Numbered from the stretch's first letter, positions 10,137-20,897 are shown. The stretch is 64,000 bases of DNA from Erysipelotrichaceae bacterium (GCA_015059045.1 SVBD01000001.1:140-64139), one strand, 5' to 3'. The notes: generated from the letters alone by a model not told the origin. Numbers and translations are program-made.

Positions 10137-11414
10137 ATGAAATTTTATTTAATAGGTATAAAAGGCTCAGGAATGGCTTCCCTTGCTCATATTTTACTTG
10201 ATGAAGGATATGAAGTACGAGGTTCTGATACTATAAAATATATCAATGCCCAAAAGGCATTATTAGAAAGAAAGGTAATAATTGACTCGTTATCAAGCGA
10301 AGAATATTTGAATGCTGACATAATCATTATTGGTCATTTTTTCTTTAATAAAGAGTTAATTAATAAGTTAGATAAATATTCCAAAATATATTTTGAATAT
10401 CATGATTTTTTATCAAATTATTTAGACCAATCTAAACTGATTTCAATATGTGGAAGTCATTCTAAAACAACATTAGTTAAACTTTTTTCTATATCAAATG
10501 AATATAATTCGTTCCTTATTGGAGAAGGTGTTGGAAAGAAAAGAGAAGAGGATCTTTTCTTCTTCTTAGAATCGTGTGAATATCAAAATCACTTTTTAAA
10601 ATATAAGCCTAGGGAAGTAATAATAACTAATATTGATTACGATCATGTAGATTATTTTAAAAATGAAAATGAATATATTAAAGCCTTTCAAAATTTTATC
10701 GAAAATAGTGAGAAAGTGTATTGCTTATTTGATGATGCAAAGAAATTGAAACATAAAAATATGGTTACATATGGATTAAATAAAAATGCTAATTATCATA
10801 TTGAGATAAAAGAAGAATTAGAGGATGAATACTTATTATCTTTTTATAAAGAAACTAAAGAATTAGTGACATTTAATTATGCTAGAAAACCAAATCACTT
10901 TTTAGAATTAATCGCTTCTGTTCTTTCTTTCTATAATGAGCATAATTACGATTTAAACATCATATTAAAAAATATTTCTAATTTCACTTTACCAAGTCAA
11001 AGATTTAATGTTGAAGAGTATAGAGGCAATATAATTATCAATGATTATTGCCATCATCCTTCACAAATAAAATATAATCTGGAACAAATAGATTTTTTTT
11101 ATAAAAGCATTAAAAAAATCGCGATTTTTAAACCGGATAGAACCTCGAGATTAGTCTATTTTAAAGATAGATTTATCAAGGAGTTAGAAAAGTATGATCT
11201 ATCTTTTGTTCTAGATTTGGCTAATACGGAAGAAATAGGGAGTCATAGTTCTATAGAACTATGTACTAGCAAAATAAAGTATATTAAAAGTATATTTGAA
11301 TTAAAGAAATATTTAGTTGAAAATGAAAAGTATGCATTCAGTTTTATGTCTAGTAAAAATTTAAACGATGAGATTAAATCAACTAAATTTATAATTGATG
11401 AAATAAAAATGTGA
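10137..11414 (+). CDS. murC: UDP-N-acetylmuramate--L-alanine ligase (divergent)
   Basis: LIGIKGSGMASLA, ESCEY, ITNIDYDHVDYF and NDYCHHP motifs; the P-loop is altered to GSHSKTT. Confidence 0.85.
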   Translation: MKFYLIGIKGSGMASLAHILLDEGYEVRGSDTIKYINAQKALLERKVIIDSLSSEEYLNADIIIIGHFFFNKELINKLDKYSKIYFEYHDFLSNYLDQSKLISICGSHSKTTLVKLFSISNEYNSFLIGEGVGKKREEDLFFFLESCEYQNHFLKYKPREVIITNIDYDHVDYFKNENEYIKAFQNFIENSEKVYCLFDDAKKLKHKNMVTYGLNKNANYHIEIKEELEDEYLLSFYKETKELVTFNYARKPNHFLELIASVLSFYNEHNYDLNIILKNISNFTLPSQRFNVEEYRGNIIINDYCHHPSQIKYNLEQIDFFYKSIKKIAIFKPDRTSRLVYFKDRFIKELEKYDLSFVLDLANTEEIGSHSSIELCTSKIKYIKSIFELKKYLVENEKYAFSFMSSKNLNDEIKSTKFIIDEIKM

Positions 11415-11469
11415 TTTATTTGAATTTTTCAAATAAAAATATATAATAAACATATACGAGGTAGTAATT

Positions 11470-12894
11470 ATGAATAAATCACTAATGACAGATTATTATG
11501 AATTAACTATGGCAAAAACATATTTTGATCAAAACGAGCAAGATAAAGTTGTTTATTTTGATGTTTTTTACCGAACAAACCCATTTAAAGGTGGATATGC
11601 AATTATGGGAGGACTAGATAATATCATCTCATATATCCAAAACTTTAAAATTGATGAAACAGATATTGAATTTTTAAGAAAAACAGGTGATTTCAGTGAA
11701 GAATTTTTAAAGTATTTAAGTGAGTTAAAATTTACTGGAGATATTTATGCTTGTGAAGATGGAACACCTATTTTCCCTGGAGAACCAGTAATTACGGTAA
11801 AAACAAAAATTATTGAAGCTCAATTGATTGAAACTAGTTTGCTTACATACTTTAATCATGGAACTTTAGTTACTACTGCTGCAAAAAGAATTACTGATGC
11901 CGCGAAGGGAATTCCGGTTATGGAATTTGGAGCTAGAAGAGCTCGTGGTGTTGAATCTGCAGTTGATGCAAGTAAATATGCATATATTGGCGGGTGTGTT
12001 GGAACATCAAATGTTTTAGCAAGTAAACTTTATGACATCCCTTGTCTTGGAACAATGGCGCATTCTTTAGTTTGTGATTATAACAGTGAATATGAAGCAT
12101 TTTTAAACTATGCAAAAAGCAATCCAAATAACTGCGTATTTTTAGTTGACACATTTGATACTTTAAAATCTGGTATTCCTAATGCAATTAGAGTTGCAAA
12201 TGAATATTTAAGGCCAAATGGATACACATTTAAAGGAATTAGAATTGATTCTGGAGACTTGGCATATTTATCTAAAAAAGCAAGAAAAATGCTAGATGAA
12301 GCAGGTTATAAAGATGCTAAAATTTGTTTATCAAATGGACTAGATGAACAAACAATTTTATCATTAAGAAGTCAAGGTGCATGTATTGATTCTATTGGAT
12401 GCGGCGATAATATTGCAGCATCTTTAGAAAGAGTTGGAGGAGTTTATAAATTAGTCGCGGTTGAAGAAAATGGAGTAATAATTCCTAAGATTAAAGTAAG
12501 TAACGATTATAAGAAAACAATTACTCCAGCATTTAAAAAATTGTATCGTTTCTACGATAAAGACACAAATTATGCATTAGGAGACCTAATTAGTTTACAT
12601 GATGAAGTAATTCCAGAAGATGAATATGTTTTGATTTCTCCAATTGAAGAATGGAAAAAATCAACGATTACAAATTATATTTGTAAAGATATTAGAAAAG
12701 AAATCTTTATTAATGGAAAATTAGTTTATTCTTTACCTTCTGTTCATGACAGAAAGAAATATTGTGAAGAGCAATTTAAGACAATATATGAGGAAGTAAA
12801 AAGAAATACATTCCCTCATCAATACTATGTTGACTTAAGTAAAGATTTACTAGAATTAAAGAAAAATATGATTAAAAAATATCGTGGGGAATAA
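11470..12894 (+). CDS. pncB: Nicotinate phosphoribosyltransferase
   Basis: TDYYELTM, EFGARRA, GTMAHS, LVDTFD, IRIDSGD and GVYKL motifs. Confidence 0.95.
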   Translation: MNKSLMTDYYELTMAKTYFDQNEQDKVVYFDVFYRTNPFKGGYAIMGGLDNIISYIQNFKIDETDIEFLRKTGDFSEEFLKYLSELKFTGDIYACEDGTPIFPGEPVITVKTKIIEAQLIETSLLTYFNHGTLVTTAAKRITDAAKGIPVMEFGARRARGVESAVDASKYAYIGGCVGTSNVLASKLYDIPCLGTMAHSLVCDYNSEYEAFLNYAKSNPNNCVFLVDTFDTLKSGIPNAIRVANEYLRPNGYTFKGIRIDSGDLAYLSKKARKMLDEAGYKDAKICLSNGLDEQTILSLRSQGACIDSIGCGDNIAASLERVGGVYKLVAVEENGVIIPKIKVSNDYKKTITPAFKKLYRFYDKDTNYALGDLISLHDEVIPEDEYVLISPIEEWKKSTITNYICKDIRKEIFINGKLVYSLPSVHDRKKYCEEQFKTIYEEVKRNTFPHQYYVDLSKDLLELKKNMIKKYRGE

Positions 12895-12897
12895 AAT

Positions 12898-14256
12898 ATG
12901 AAAACTAGAAATAAAATCATCATTATTGTAGGAAGTGTTACTTTATTATTAGGTGGTGTCTCCGGCGGTCACTATTTATATAGTGAAAACTATAAAATTA
13001 ATGTTCCTGATAAAATAACATTAGATAAACCTACTAAAACATTAACTACTAAAGGTAGAGGTATTTATGATACTGATGGTAATAAAGTTGTTTTAAATGG
13101 TATTAACTATGGTAACTGGTTAATTCAAGAAGAATGGATGAGCGTTAATTCTATTGGTCCAACTAGAGACGAACAAGGTAATTTGTCTATTAAAGATGGA
13201 GTTGTAAATTCTTATTTAGAAATGACTCAAGAAGATTTGGATTTAGCATTTGAAAATAATCCAAATCTAACTAAAGATCAAGTTAAAGAATTACAAGAGT
13301 TATATTTAGATTCGTATTGTACTGAAGAAGATTTTAAAAACATTAAAGATGTTGGATTTAATATGATTCGCTTACCATTTTATTATAGAAATCTTCTTGA
13401 AGGAGATAATGATAATCTAACAATGAAAGAAGATGCGTTTAAATATTTAGATTTTTTCTTAGAAAATTGTAAAAAATATGATTTATTCTGCATTTTAGAT
13501 TTACATGGAGTACCAGGCGGTCAAAATGGATTAGAACACTCTGGCACATTTGATTGCGAATTTTTTACAAATGATAAATACATTGATGTAGTATGTAATT
13601 TATGGAAAGATATCGCTTTACATTATATTAATGATAGACCTGATTTAAGTTATACCATTGCAGCATTTGATATATTAAATGAACCAACGGGAAGTAATCA
13701 TAGAACTGGTAAAGAAGAATGGGTTGTTTTTGATAAAATTTATGATGCAATTAGAAGTGTAGATCAAGATCATATTATATCTATTGAATCATGCTGGTCT
13801 TACTATGGATTTGCTAATCCAAAGAAAATGGGTTGGGAAAATGTTTTATATCAACTACATTTATATAATTGGGATGATCCAAAAGTTAGTTATAATGCAT
13901 TCTTCTATTATAAAAATGCATCCAGATATTTTAGTGATTATAATGTTCCATTATATATTGGTGAATTTACTTTCTTTAATACAGAAAAAGCATGGGAAAA
14001 ATATCTTAATTATTGGACTGATAATAGTATTTCTTGGTCAGTATGGTCTTATAAAGTCTGCACAAATGGCTGGTGGGATTCTACTTGGGGATTATATGTA
14101 AGAAGATTGCATTTATATGATGGTAATTATAAGTTAGATTGTTCTAGTGCAACATACGAAGATATTAAATGGAATTATGAAAATGAAGTCACAAGTAAAA
14201 CTTATGAAACAGGTGACTTATATAAGTATATGACAAACTATTTTAACAATCGATAG
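12898..14256 (+). CDS. Glycoside hydrolase family 5 protein with N-terminal membrane anchor
   Basis: GNWLIQE, IRLP, LDLHGVPGGQ, the acid/base motif LNEP, the nucleophile motif IGEF, and WSYK. Confidence 0.9.
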   Translation: MKTRNKIIIIVGSVTLLLGGVSGGHYLYSENYKINVPDKITLDKPTKTLTTKGRGIYDTDGNKVVLNGINYGNWLIQEEWMSVNSIGPTRDEQGNLSIKDGVVNSYLEMTQEDLDLAFENNPNLTKDQVKELQELYLDSYCTEEDFKNIKDVGFNMIRLPFYYRNLLEGDNDNLTMKEDAFKYLDFFLENCKKYDLFCILDLHGVPGGQNGLEHSGTFDCEFFTNDKYIDVVCNLWKDIALHYINDRPDLSYTIAAFDILNEPTGSNHRTGKEEWVVFDKIYDAIRSVDQDHIISIESCWSYYGFANPKKMGWENVLYQLHLYNWDDPKVSYNAFFYYKNASRYFSDYNVPLYIGEFTFFNTEKAWEKYLNYWTDNSISWSVWSYKVCTNGWWDSTWGLYVRRLHLYDGNYKLDCSSATYEDIKWNYENEVTSKTYETGDLYKYMTNYFNNR

Positions 14257-14261
14257 ACATG

Positions 14262-14292
14262 AAAAAAGCTTTCCAGATGGAAAGCTCTTTTT
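14262..14292. terminator. Bidirectional terminator between GH5 and ackA
   Basis: AAAAAAGCTTTCC-AGAT-GGAAAGCTCTTTTT. Confidence 0.8.
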
Positions 14293-14301
14293 ATTTTATT
14301 T

Positions 14302-15498
14302 TTAGATTTTTAGAATTGAAGCTACGTCTCTAGCAATCATAACTTCTTCGTCAGTTGGGATTACAACAACTTTAATTTTACTATTTGAAGTTGAGATAAT
14401 TCCTTCTTTACCATGAACTATTTCATCGTTTAATTTAGCACTAATTTCTAAGCCTAATGCTTCTTTACATTGTTCAAGGATTTCCCATCTGAAGTATTCT
14501 GAGTTTTCTCCAATACCAGCAGAGAATACGATTAAGTCACAACCACCTAGTCTTACAAAGTATTGACCGATGTAATCTGCAACTCTACGAGCAAACATCT
14601 TAACTGCAAGAATACATCTTTCGTTTCCTTCTTTAGCAGCTTTTTCTACGTCTCTTGTATCATTACTTACACCTGAGATTGCTAATAATCCAGATTTTTT
14701 GTTAAATTCTTGATAAATTTCTTCAGCTGATTTTCCTGTTTGTTTTACTAAGTAAGGCATAACTGAACCATCGATATCACCAGTTCTTGTTCCCATCATA
14801 ACACCTGCTAAAGGAGTTAATCCCATTGATGTAGCTACACATTTTCCATCTTTAATAGCACATAGTGAACTACCCGAACCAATGTGACATGTAATGATTT
14901 TGTTTTGACCTTCTTTTAAGTAGACTTGAGCTTCTTTTGATAAATATAAGTGAGATGTACCATGAGCGCCATAACGTCTTACTTTGTGATCTGTGTAGTA
15001 TTCATATGGACAAGCATACATATAGTCTTCAGGTTCCATTGTTTGATGGAATGCTGTATCAAATACTGCAACGTGTCTTACACCTGGAAGAACTTTTTTG
15101 AATGCTCTAAATCCGATTAAGTGAGCGCCATTATGAAGTGGAGCAAGTGGAATTAAACTTTCAATTTTATTTTCTACATCTTTTGTTAATTCTTCTGAAT
15201 GTGAGAAGTAAGCACCACCTTGAACGATACGGTGACCAACACCTTTGATTTCATCAAGTGTTGCAACGATTCCTTCGTCGACTAATGCTTCTAATAACAT
15301 CTCAACTGCTACTGAATGATCTGGAATATTACAAATTGTTTCTACCTTTTCTTTTCCAGCAGGTTTAATTTGGAAGATAGCATCTTCGTGACCGATTCTA
15401 TCGGCAATTCCTGAACAGATTACTTTTTCTTCAGGCATTTCGTAAAGTTTGAACTTCAAAGATGAAGAACCAGCGTTAACTGCAATAATTTTTGACAT
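14302..15498 (-). CDS. ackA: Acetate kinase
   Basis: NAGSSSLK, GHRIV, APLHN, FDTAFH and PTDEE motifs. Start moved to ATG 15498 (MSKII), which has an AGGAGG RBS. Confidence 0.96.
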   Translation of the reverse strand: MSKIIAVNAGSSSLKFKLYEMPEEKVICSGIADRIGHEDAIFQIKPAGKEKVETICNIPDHSVAVEMLLEALVDEGIVATLDEIKGVGHRIVQGGAYFSHSEELTKDVENKIESLIPLAPLHNGAHLIGFRAFKKVLPGVRHVAVFDTAFHQTMEPEDYMYACPYEYYTDHKVRRYGAHGTSHLYLSKEAQVYLKEGQNKIITCHIGSGSSLCAIKDGKCVATSMGLTPLAGVMMGTRTGDIDGSVMPYLVKQTGKSAEEIYQEFNKKSGLLAISGVSNDTRDVEKAAKEGNERCILAVKMFARRVADYIGQYFVRLGGCDLIVFSAGIGENSEYFRWEILEQCKEALGLEISAKLNDEIVHGKEGIISTSNSKIKVVVIPTDEEVMIARDVASILKI

Positions 15499-15696
15499 AA
15501 TATATGTCCTCCTAAACGAATTAATCATACTTGAAATAAATGTTATTATCAAGTTTATTTAAAAATTAAGTGGTTATTCTTCTTTTTTCAAGACTGTTTA
15601 TTATAAATAATAAAATAAAATCATAAAAGTTATTTTAATTGTTTGCTTCTCATTTTTTATTTGTTATTATAATAATGTTGCAAAGGAGGGTAATTT

Positions 15697-17592
15697 ATGG
15701 CTTATGGATTACTTTATGACTTTTTATTTGGTCAATCAATAGAAGCACACAATTATTTTGGAGCTCATTTTACTAAAATAAATGGCAAAGAAGGCGTTAT
15801 CTTTAGAGTATATGCACCACTTGCAAAACAAGTATCTGTAATTGGTGAATTTAACTCATGGGATCCAAGAGTTCACGTAATGAGTAAAATTGAAGACAGT
15901 GGAGTATTTGAAGTATTTGTTCCAGGTGTTGTTCAATATCAATCATATAAATATCATATCTTAGGCGCAAATGATGTCTACTTTGATAAAGCAGACCCAT
16001 TTGCATTCTATTCTGAATTCAAACCAGGCAGTTGTTCAAGAACATATAATCTTGATGGATTTATTTGGCATGATGAAGAATTTATCAAAAATCGTTCTAG
16101 AAACTTTGATAAACCAGTTTCAATTTATGAAATGCATTTGGGTTCTTGGCTTGGAATGGTTGATGGAAGATATCTTTCATATGAAGAAGTGGCTGATCAC
16201 TTAATTAAATATGTTAAAGAAAATGGATTTACTCATGTAGAAATTATGCCTATTACTCAATATCCATTTGATGGATCTTGGGGATACCAAGCAACTGGTT
16301 TCTTCAGTGTTGATTCAAGATACGGAAATCCATTCCAACTTATGTCATTTGTAGATAGATTACACCAAGCTGGTATTGGAGTAATTTTAGATTTCGTTTT
16401 AGTTCACTTTGCAACTGACGAATTTGGTTTATGCAAATTTGATGGTTCAAATTTATTTGAAGGCCAAGGTGAAAATGAAAAGTCACAATGGGGATCATAT
16501 TTATTTGATCTAGGAAAAGATCCAGTTAGATCATTCTTAATGTCATCAGTTAACTTCTTTATTTCATATTTCCACTTTGATGGTATTAGATTTGATGCGA
16601 TTAGTAATGTAATTTATTATCATGGAGATACTAGTAAAGGGGAAAATGCTGGGGCAATCGAATTTGTAAAAAGATTAACTGGTAAGATGCACTTATTCCA
16701 TCCAAATGTAATGTTAATTGCTGAAGACTCTTCTGCTTATGCTGGAGTAACTAAACCTCTAGAATATGGCGGGTTAGGCTTTGACTACAAATGGGATTTA
16801 GGATGGATGAATGATACTTTAAAATATTATGGTAAAGATCCAATTTATCGTAAATATCATCACCACCAATTAACTTTCTCAATGGCTTACTTCTATGCAG
16901 ATAACTTTATGTTACCTTTATCACATGATGAGGTAGTCCATGGAAAGGGAACTATCATTAATAAGATGTGGGGAAACTATGAACAAAAATTTGCTCAAAT
17001 TAGAAACCTATATACTTATCAATGGTCTCACCCAGGTAAGAAATTAAATTTTATGGGTAACGAACTTGCTTCATTTGATGAATGGAATGAAACTAAATCT
17101 CTACCATGGAATTTAAAGACATTTCCAGCACATGATTCAATTTCTAGATTAATTAGAGATTTGAACTTAATTTATCAAAACGAAAAAGCTATGCATTTTG
17201 AAGAACATAACCCAGTTCGTTTCAAATGGCTTATGGCGGATAATACTGAACAATCAATCTATGCATTTGAAAGAAGTGTAGGAGATGAAAAATTAGTATT
17301 TGTATTTAATATGACACCACATTACTATGAAAACTATGATGTTGGAGTAGATAATTTAGGTGAATATGAAGAAATCTTTAACTCAGATAAAGATGTATAT
17401 GGAGGCTATAATCAATATAATGGTTTACCTTTAAAAGCTTATGAAGGATTATGCTTCAATCATCCATATAAGATTACAATTAAACTTGCATCATTTGGTG
17501 CGATGATCTTTAAATGGAGAAAAGAACAACCAAAAGTTGAACAAAAAGAAACACAAACAACAAAGCAAACTAACAAAAAAGAAAGTAAGTAA
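15697..17592 (+). CDS. glgB: 1,4-alpha-glucan branching enzyme
   Basis: IYEMHLGSW, SWGYQ, DGIRFDA, AEDS, WDLGWMND, LSHDEVVHGK and HPGKKL motifs. Confidence 0.96.
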   Translation: MAYGLLYDFLFGQSIEAHNYFGAHFTKINGKEGVIFRVYAPLAKQVSVIGEFNSWDPRVHVMSKIEDSGVFEVFVPGVVQYQSYKYHILGANDVYFDKADPFAFYSEFKPGSCSRTYNLDGFIWHDEEFIKNRSRNFDKPVSIYEMHLGSWLGMVDGRYLSYEEVADHLIKYVKENGFTHVEIMPITQYPFDGSWGYQATGFFSVDSRYGNPFQLMSFVDRLHQAGIGVILDFVLVHFATDEFGLCKFDGSNLFEGQGENEKSQWGSYLFDLGKDPVRSFLMSSVNFFISYFHFDGIRFDAISNVIYYHGDTSKGENAGAIEFVKRLTGKMHLFHPNVMLIAEDSSAYAGVTKPLEYGGLGFDYKWDLGWMNDTLKYYGKDPIYRKYHHHQLTFSMAYFYADNFMLPLSHDEVVHGKGTIINKMWGNYEQKFAQIRNLYTYQWSHPGKKLNFMGNELASFDEWNETKSLPWNLKTFPAHDSISRLIRDLNLIYQNEKAMHFEEHNPVRFKWLMADNTEQSIYAFERSVGDEKLVFVFNMTPHYYENYDVGVDNLGEYEEIFNSDKDVYGGYNQYNGLPLKAYEGLCFNHPYKITIKLASFGAMIFKWRKEQPKVEQKETQTTKQTNKKESK

Positions 17593-17603
17593 GGAGAATT
17601 ACA

Positions 17604-20006
17604 ATGTTTACAAACAAAGCTGAATTTAAAAAAGAATTTAAGAAAAGATGCGTAACAAAATATGGTGTAGATATGTCTAGATGTCATATCACAGAGCTAT
17701 ATGAAGTTCTTGGTACAATGGTTAGAGACTATTGCGCTGAAGATTGGAAAACATCAAAAGATTTTGTTGCAAACAATCACGAAAAACAATTAGTTTACTT
17801 CTCAATGGAATTCTTAATTGGTCGTTTATTGGTCAACAATATGCAAAACTTAGGAATCTACCAAATTGCTAAAGAAGGATTAAATGATTTAGGAATTGAT
17901 ATTCACGAATTAGAAGAACAAGAATCAGATGCAGGTTTAGGAAATGGTGGTTTAGGCCGCCTTGCTGCTTGTTTCCTAGATTCAATTGCTTCTCTTGGTT
18001 ATCCAGGACATGGAAACTGTATTCGTTATGAATATGGATTCTTCAAACAAAAAATTATTAATGGTAGACAAGTAGAAGTACCAGATCAATGGTTACAAAA
18101 TACAAACGTTTGGGAAATTAAAAAACCAAAACACGCAGTAGAAGTCAAATTCTATGGACGTGCTGAAACATATCAAGATGTTGATGGTTGCATTAGAAGT
18201 AGAACAGTTGATGCGATGACAGTAAAAGCTGTTCCATATGATGTTCCAGTTATCGGATACAAAAATAAAGTAGTTAATACTTTAAGATTATGGTCTGCTG
18301 AACCTAGTGCTGAAAATTTACCTTCAAATCAATCATTTGAACAATATTTACAAGCATTAAAAGAATTATGTCATGGTTTATATCCAGATGATTCAACTGA
18401 ACATGGAAGAATTTTAAGATTAAGACAACAATATTTCTTAGTTTCTGCTGGTTTACAATCGATGGTTCGTGGACACAAGAGAAGAGAAGGAAGACTTGAT
18501 AACATTTGCGAAAAATTCGTCTTCCAATTAAACGATACTCACCCAATTTTAGCAATCCCTGAAATTATGAGAATTTTAATGGACGAAAACGGATTTGGTT
18601 GGGATGAAGCTTGGTATCAAGTTACTCATATGATGGCTTACACAAACCATACAATTATGGCTGAAGCTTTAGAAAAATGGCCAGTAAGTTACGTTTCTAA
18701 CTTATTACCACGTGTTTATATGATTATTGAAGAAATCAACCGTAGAACAATCTTAGAATTAAGAGCAAAAGGTTATGATGAAAACTTCATTAATTCAGTT
18801 AAAATTATTAAAGATGGTATGATTCATATGACTAACTTAGGAATTCATGCTTGTTTCTCAGTAAATGGTGTTGCTAAATTACATACTCAAATTTGTTGTG
18901 AATCTACATTCAAAGATTTCTACAGATTATATCCAGAAAAATTCAATAACAAGACAAATGGTATTACACATAGAAGATGGTTTGTATGTGCAAACCCTGA
19001 ATACGCTAAACTTGTTACAAGTTTAATATCTGATAAATGGATTACAAATCCAGATAATTTAGAAGAATTATTAAAACATGTTGATAATAAAGAAGTTCAA
19101 GATAAATTCTTATCAATCAAACATGATAACAAAATTAGACTTGCTGATTATGTTTTAAAACATAACAACATTGAAATTGATCCTAATTCAATCTTTGATG
19201 TTCAAATTAAAAGACTTCATGCATATAAACGTCAATTAATGAACATCTTTAGAATTATGTATTTCTACAAGAAGATGAAAGCTGATTCAAACTTTAGAAT
19301 TGCTCCTCATACATATGTCTTTGGCGCTAAAGCAGCTCCAAGTTACTACTTAGCTAAGAAAATCATTGAATTAATCAATGCAGTTGCTAACGTTGTAAAT
19401 AATGATCCAGAAATCTCAAAATATATGAAAGTAGTTTTCATTGAAAACTATGGTGTATCTTCAGCGGAAGTAATCATTCCAGCTGCTGATGTCAGTGAGC
19501 AAATCTCTACAGCAGGTAAAGAAGCTTCTGGTACTTCAAATATGAAATTTATGATTAATGGTGCTTTAACATTAGGTACACTTGATGGCGCTAACGTTGA
19601 AATTGATCAATTAGTTGGTAGCGATAATGATGTTATCTTTGGTATGAAGACAGAAGAATTAGACCAAATTAGAAGAGAAGGTTCTTATTCTCCATGGGAT
19701 ATTTATCACCATGACTATTGGATTAAAACAGTTGTTGATTCTTTAGTTGATGGTTCTTGGAGTCCAAATAGAGATGACTTCAAAGTTATCTTTGATGAAG
19801 TTATGTATCGTAACGATGAATATTTCATCTTAAAAGATTTCAATATGTACATTGAAGCATCATTAAAAATGGATGAAAAATACCAAGATAGAAATTCTTG
19901 GGCAAGATCATGCTTAATCAATACTGCTAAAGCTGGTTACTTCTCAAGTGATAGAACAATTGAACAATACGTTGAAGATATCTGGCACTTAAAGAAAATT
20001 GCTTAA
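17604..20006 (+). CDS. glgP: Glycogen/alpha-glucan phosphorylase
   Basis: GLGNGGLGRLAAC, QLNDTHP, KRLHAYKRQ and the PLP motif EASGTSNMK. Confidence 0.96.
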   Translation: MFTNKAEFKKEFKKRCVTKYGVDMSRCHITELYEVLGTMVRDYCAEDWKTSKDFVANNHEKQLVYFSMEFLIGRLLVNNMQNLGIYQIAKEGLNDLGIDIHELEEQESDAGLGNGGLGRLAACFLDSIASLGYPGHGNCIRYEYGFFKQKIINGRQVEVPDQWLQNTNVWEIKKPKHAVEVKFYGRAETYQDVDGCIRSRTVDAMTVKAVPYDVPVIGYKNKVVNTLRLWSAEPSAENLPSNQSFEQYLQALKELCHGLYPDDSTEHGRILRLRQQYFLVSAGLQSMVRGHKRREGRLDNICEKFVFQLNDTHPILAIPEIMRILMDENGFGWDEAWYQVTHMMAYTNHTIMAEALEKWPVSYVSNLLPRVYMIIEEINRRTILELRAKGYDENFINSVKIIKDGMIHMTNLGIHACFSVNGVAKLHTQICCESTFKDFYRLYPEKFNNKTNGITHRRWFVCANPEYAKLVTSLISDKWITNPDNLEELLKHVDNKEVQDKFLSIKHDNKIRLADYVLKHNNIEIDPNSIFDVQIKRLHAYKRQLMNIFRIMYFYKKMKADSNFRIAPHTYVFGAKAAPSYYLAKKIIELINAVANVVNNDPEISKYMKVVFIENYGVSSAEVIIPAADVSEQISTAGKEASGTSNMKFMINGALTLGTLDGANVEIDQLVGSDNDVIFGMKTEELDQIRREGSYSPWDIYHHDYWIKTVVDSLVDGSWSPNRDDFKVIFDEVMYRNDEYFILKDFNMYIEASLKMDEKYQDRNSWARSCLINTAKAGYFSSDRTIEQYVEDIWHLKKIA

Positions 20007-20039
20007 TTAAATCAATCAAACAATTTTTGCTAATTAATT

Positions 20040-20068
20040 ATCCCTTCTTAAAAGAAGGGATTTTTTTA
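20040..20068 (+). terminator. Intrinsic terminator of glgBP
   Basis: ATCCCTTCTT-AA-AAGAAGGGAT followed by a T run. Confidence 0.8.
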
Positions 20069-20120
20069 TTGTTTAAAAAAAATAAAACTTTTTAAGATAA
20101 ATTTTCCAAAAAAACCCTAA

Positions 20121-20328
20121 CTAATCAATATTGTATTAAATGAAAATATTAATGAAAATGATGTTTCTATTACTTCAAGTGAATTACTTGGTGAATCTAT
20201 TGAAATTAAATCTTCTTTCTTTGATGCAAGAATAAAAGTGGCTAATGAATATGAAAAAAGATCGTATGTCTATAGATATCATTTCTAAGTATACTGGATT
20301 GAGTTTAGAAGAAATTAATAAGTTATAA
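20121..20328 (+). pseudogene. Internally deleted Rpn-family (PD-(D/E)XK nuclease/putative transposase) remnant
   Basis: One frame reads LINIVLNENI...SELLGESIEIKSSFFDARIK, like an Rpn N-terminus. It is joined in another frame to MNMKKDRMSIDIISKYTGLSLEEINKL*, a typical Rpn C-terminal tail. Confidence 0.7.
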
Positions 20329-20379
20329 CAAACATGGCTAGAGGTGTAATACTCCTATTTTTTTAAAAAAAGTAATGGA

Positions 20380-20832
20380 TTAGCCATTACTTCTTACTTT
20401 TAATATTAATTCTTGAATTTCTTCGTCAGAATAAACTTTAATTCCATTTTGTTCTAATAATTCAGTGGTAAATCCCTTTCCTGAAACTACATTTCTTGAG
20501 AAGGTTCCATCATAAATTTGATGAACGCCACATGAAGGAGATCGTTCTTTAAAAATTGCATAACTTACATTATTTCTTTTAGCAATTTCTAATACTTTTA
20601 AAGCTCCATCCATATAGTTTTTAGTTACATCTAAATCGATTTCAGACATTACCTTATCTCCAACTCTTTCAGAAGGAATTCTAGGCGTAGGTAGACCACC
20701 AAATACTTCTGCACACACTGGAATATACTCAACTTTATCTTGTATTGATATTAATAAGTCTCTTGCGTTATTTCTACCATTCCATTTGCAATTTTCACCT
20801 AATAGGCAGTGACTAATAAGAATTTTTATCAT
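20380..20832 (-). CDS. DUF523 (2-thiouracil desulfidase-like) protein
   Basis: ISHCLLGENCKWNG, VCAEVFGGLPTPR and KERSPSCG motifs. Confidence 0.92.
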   Translation of the reverse strand: MIKILISHCLLGENCKWNGRNNARDLLISIQDKVEYIPVCAEVFGGLPTPRIPSERVGDKVMSEIDLDVTKNYMDGALKVLEIAKRNNVSYAIFKERSPSCGVHQIYDGTFSRNVVSGKGFTTELLEQNGIKVYSDEEIQELILKVRSNG

Positions 20833-20897
20833 AATTTTACTTCAACCTTTAATTTTTACTTCATTTAATATATTATATTAAACGCTAGGTGTTTTAA

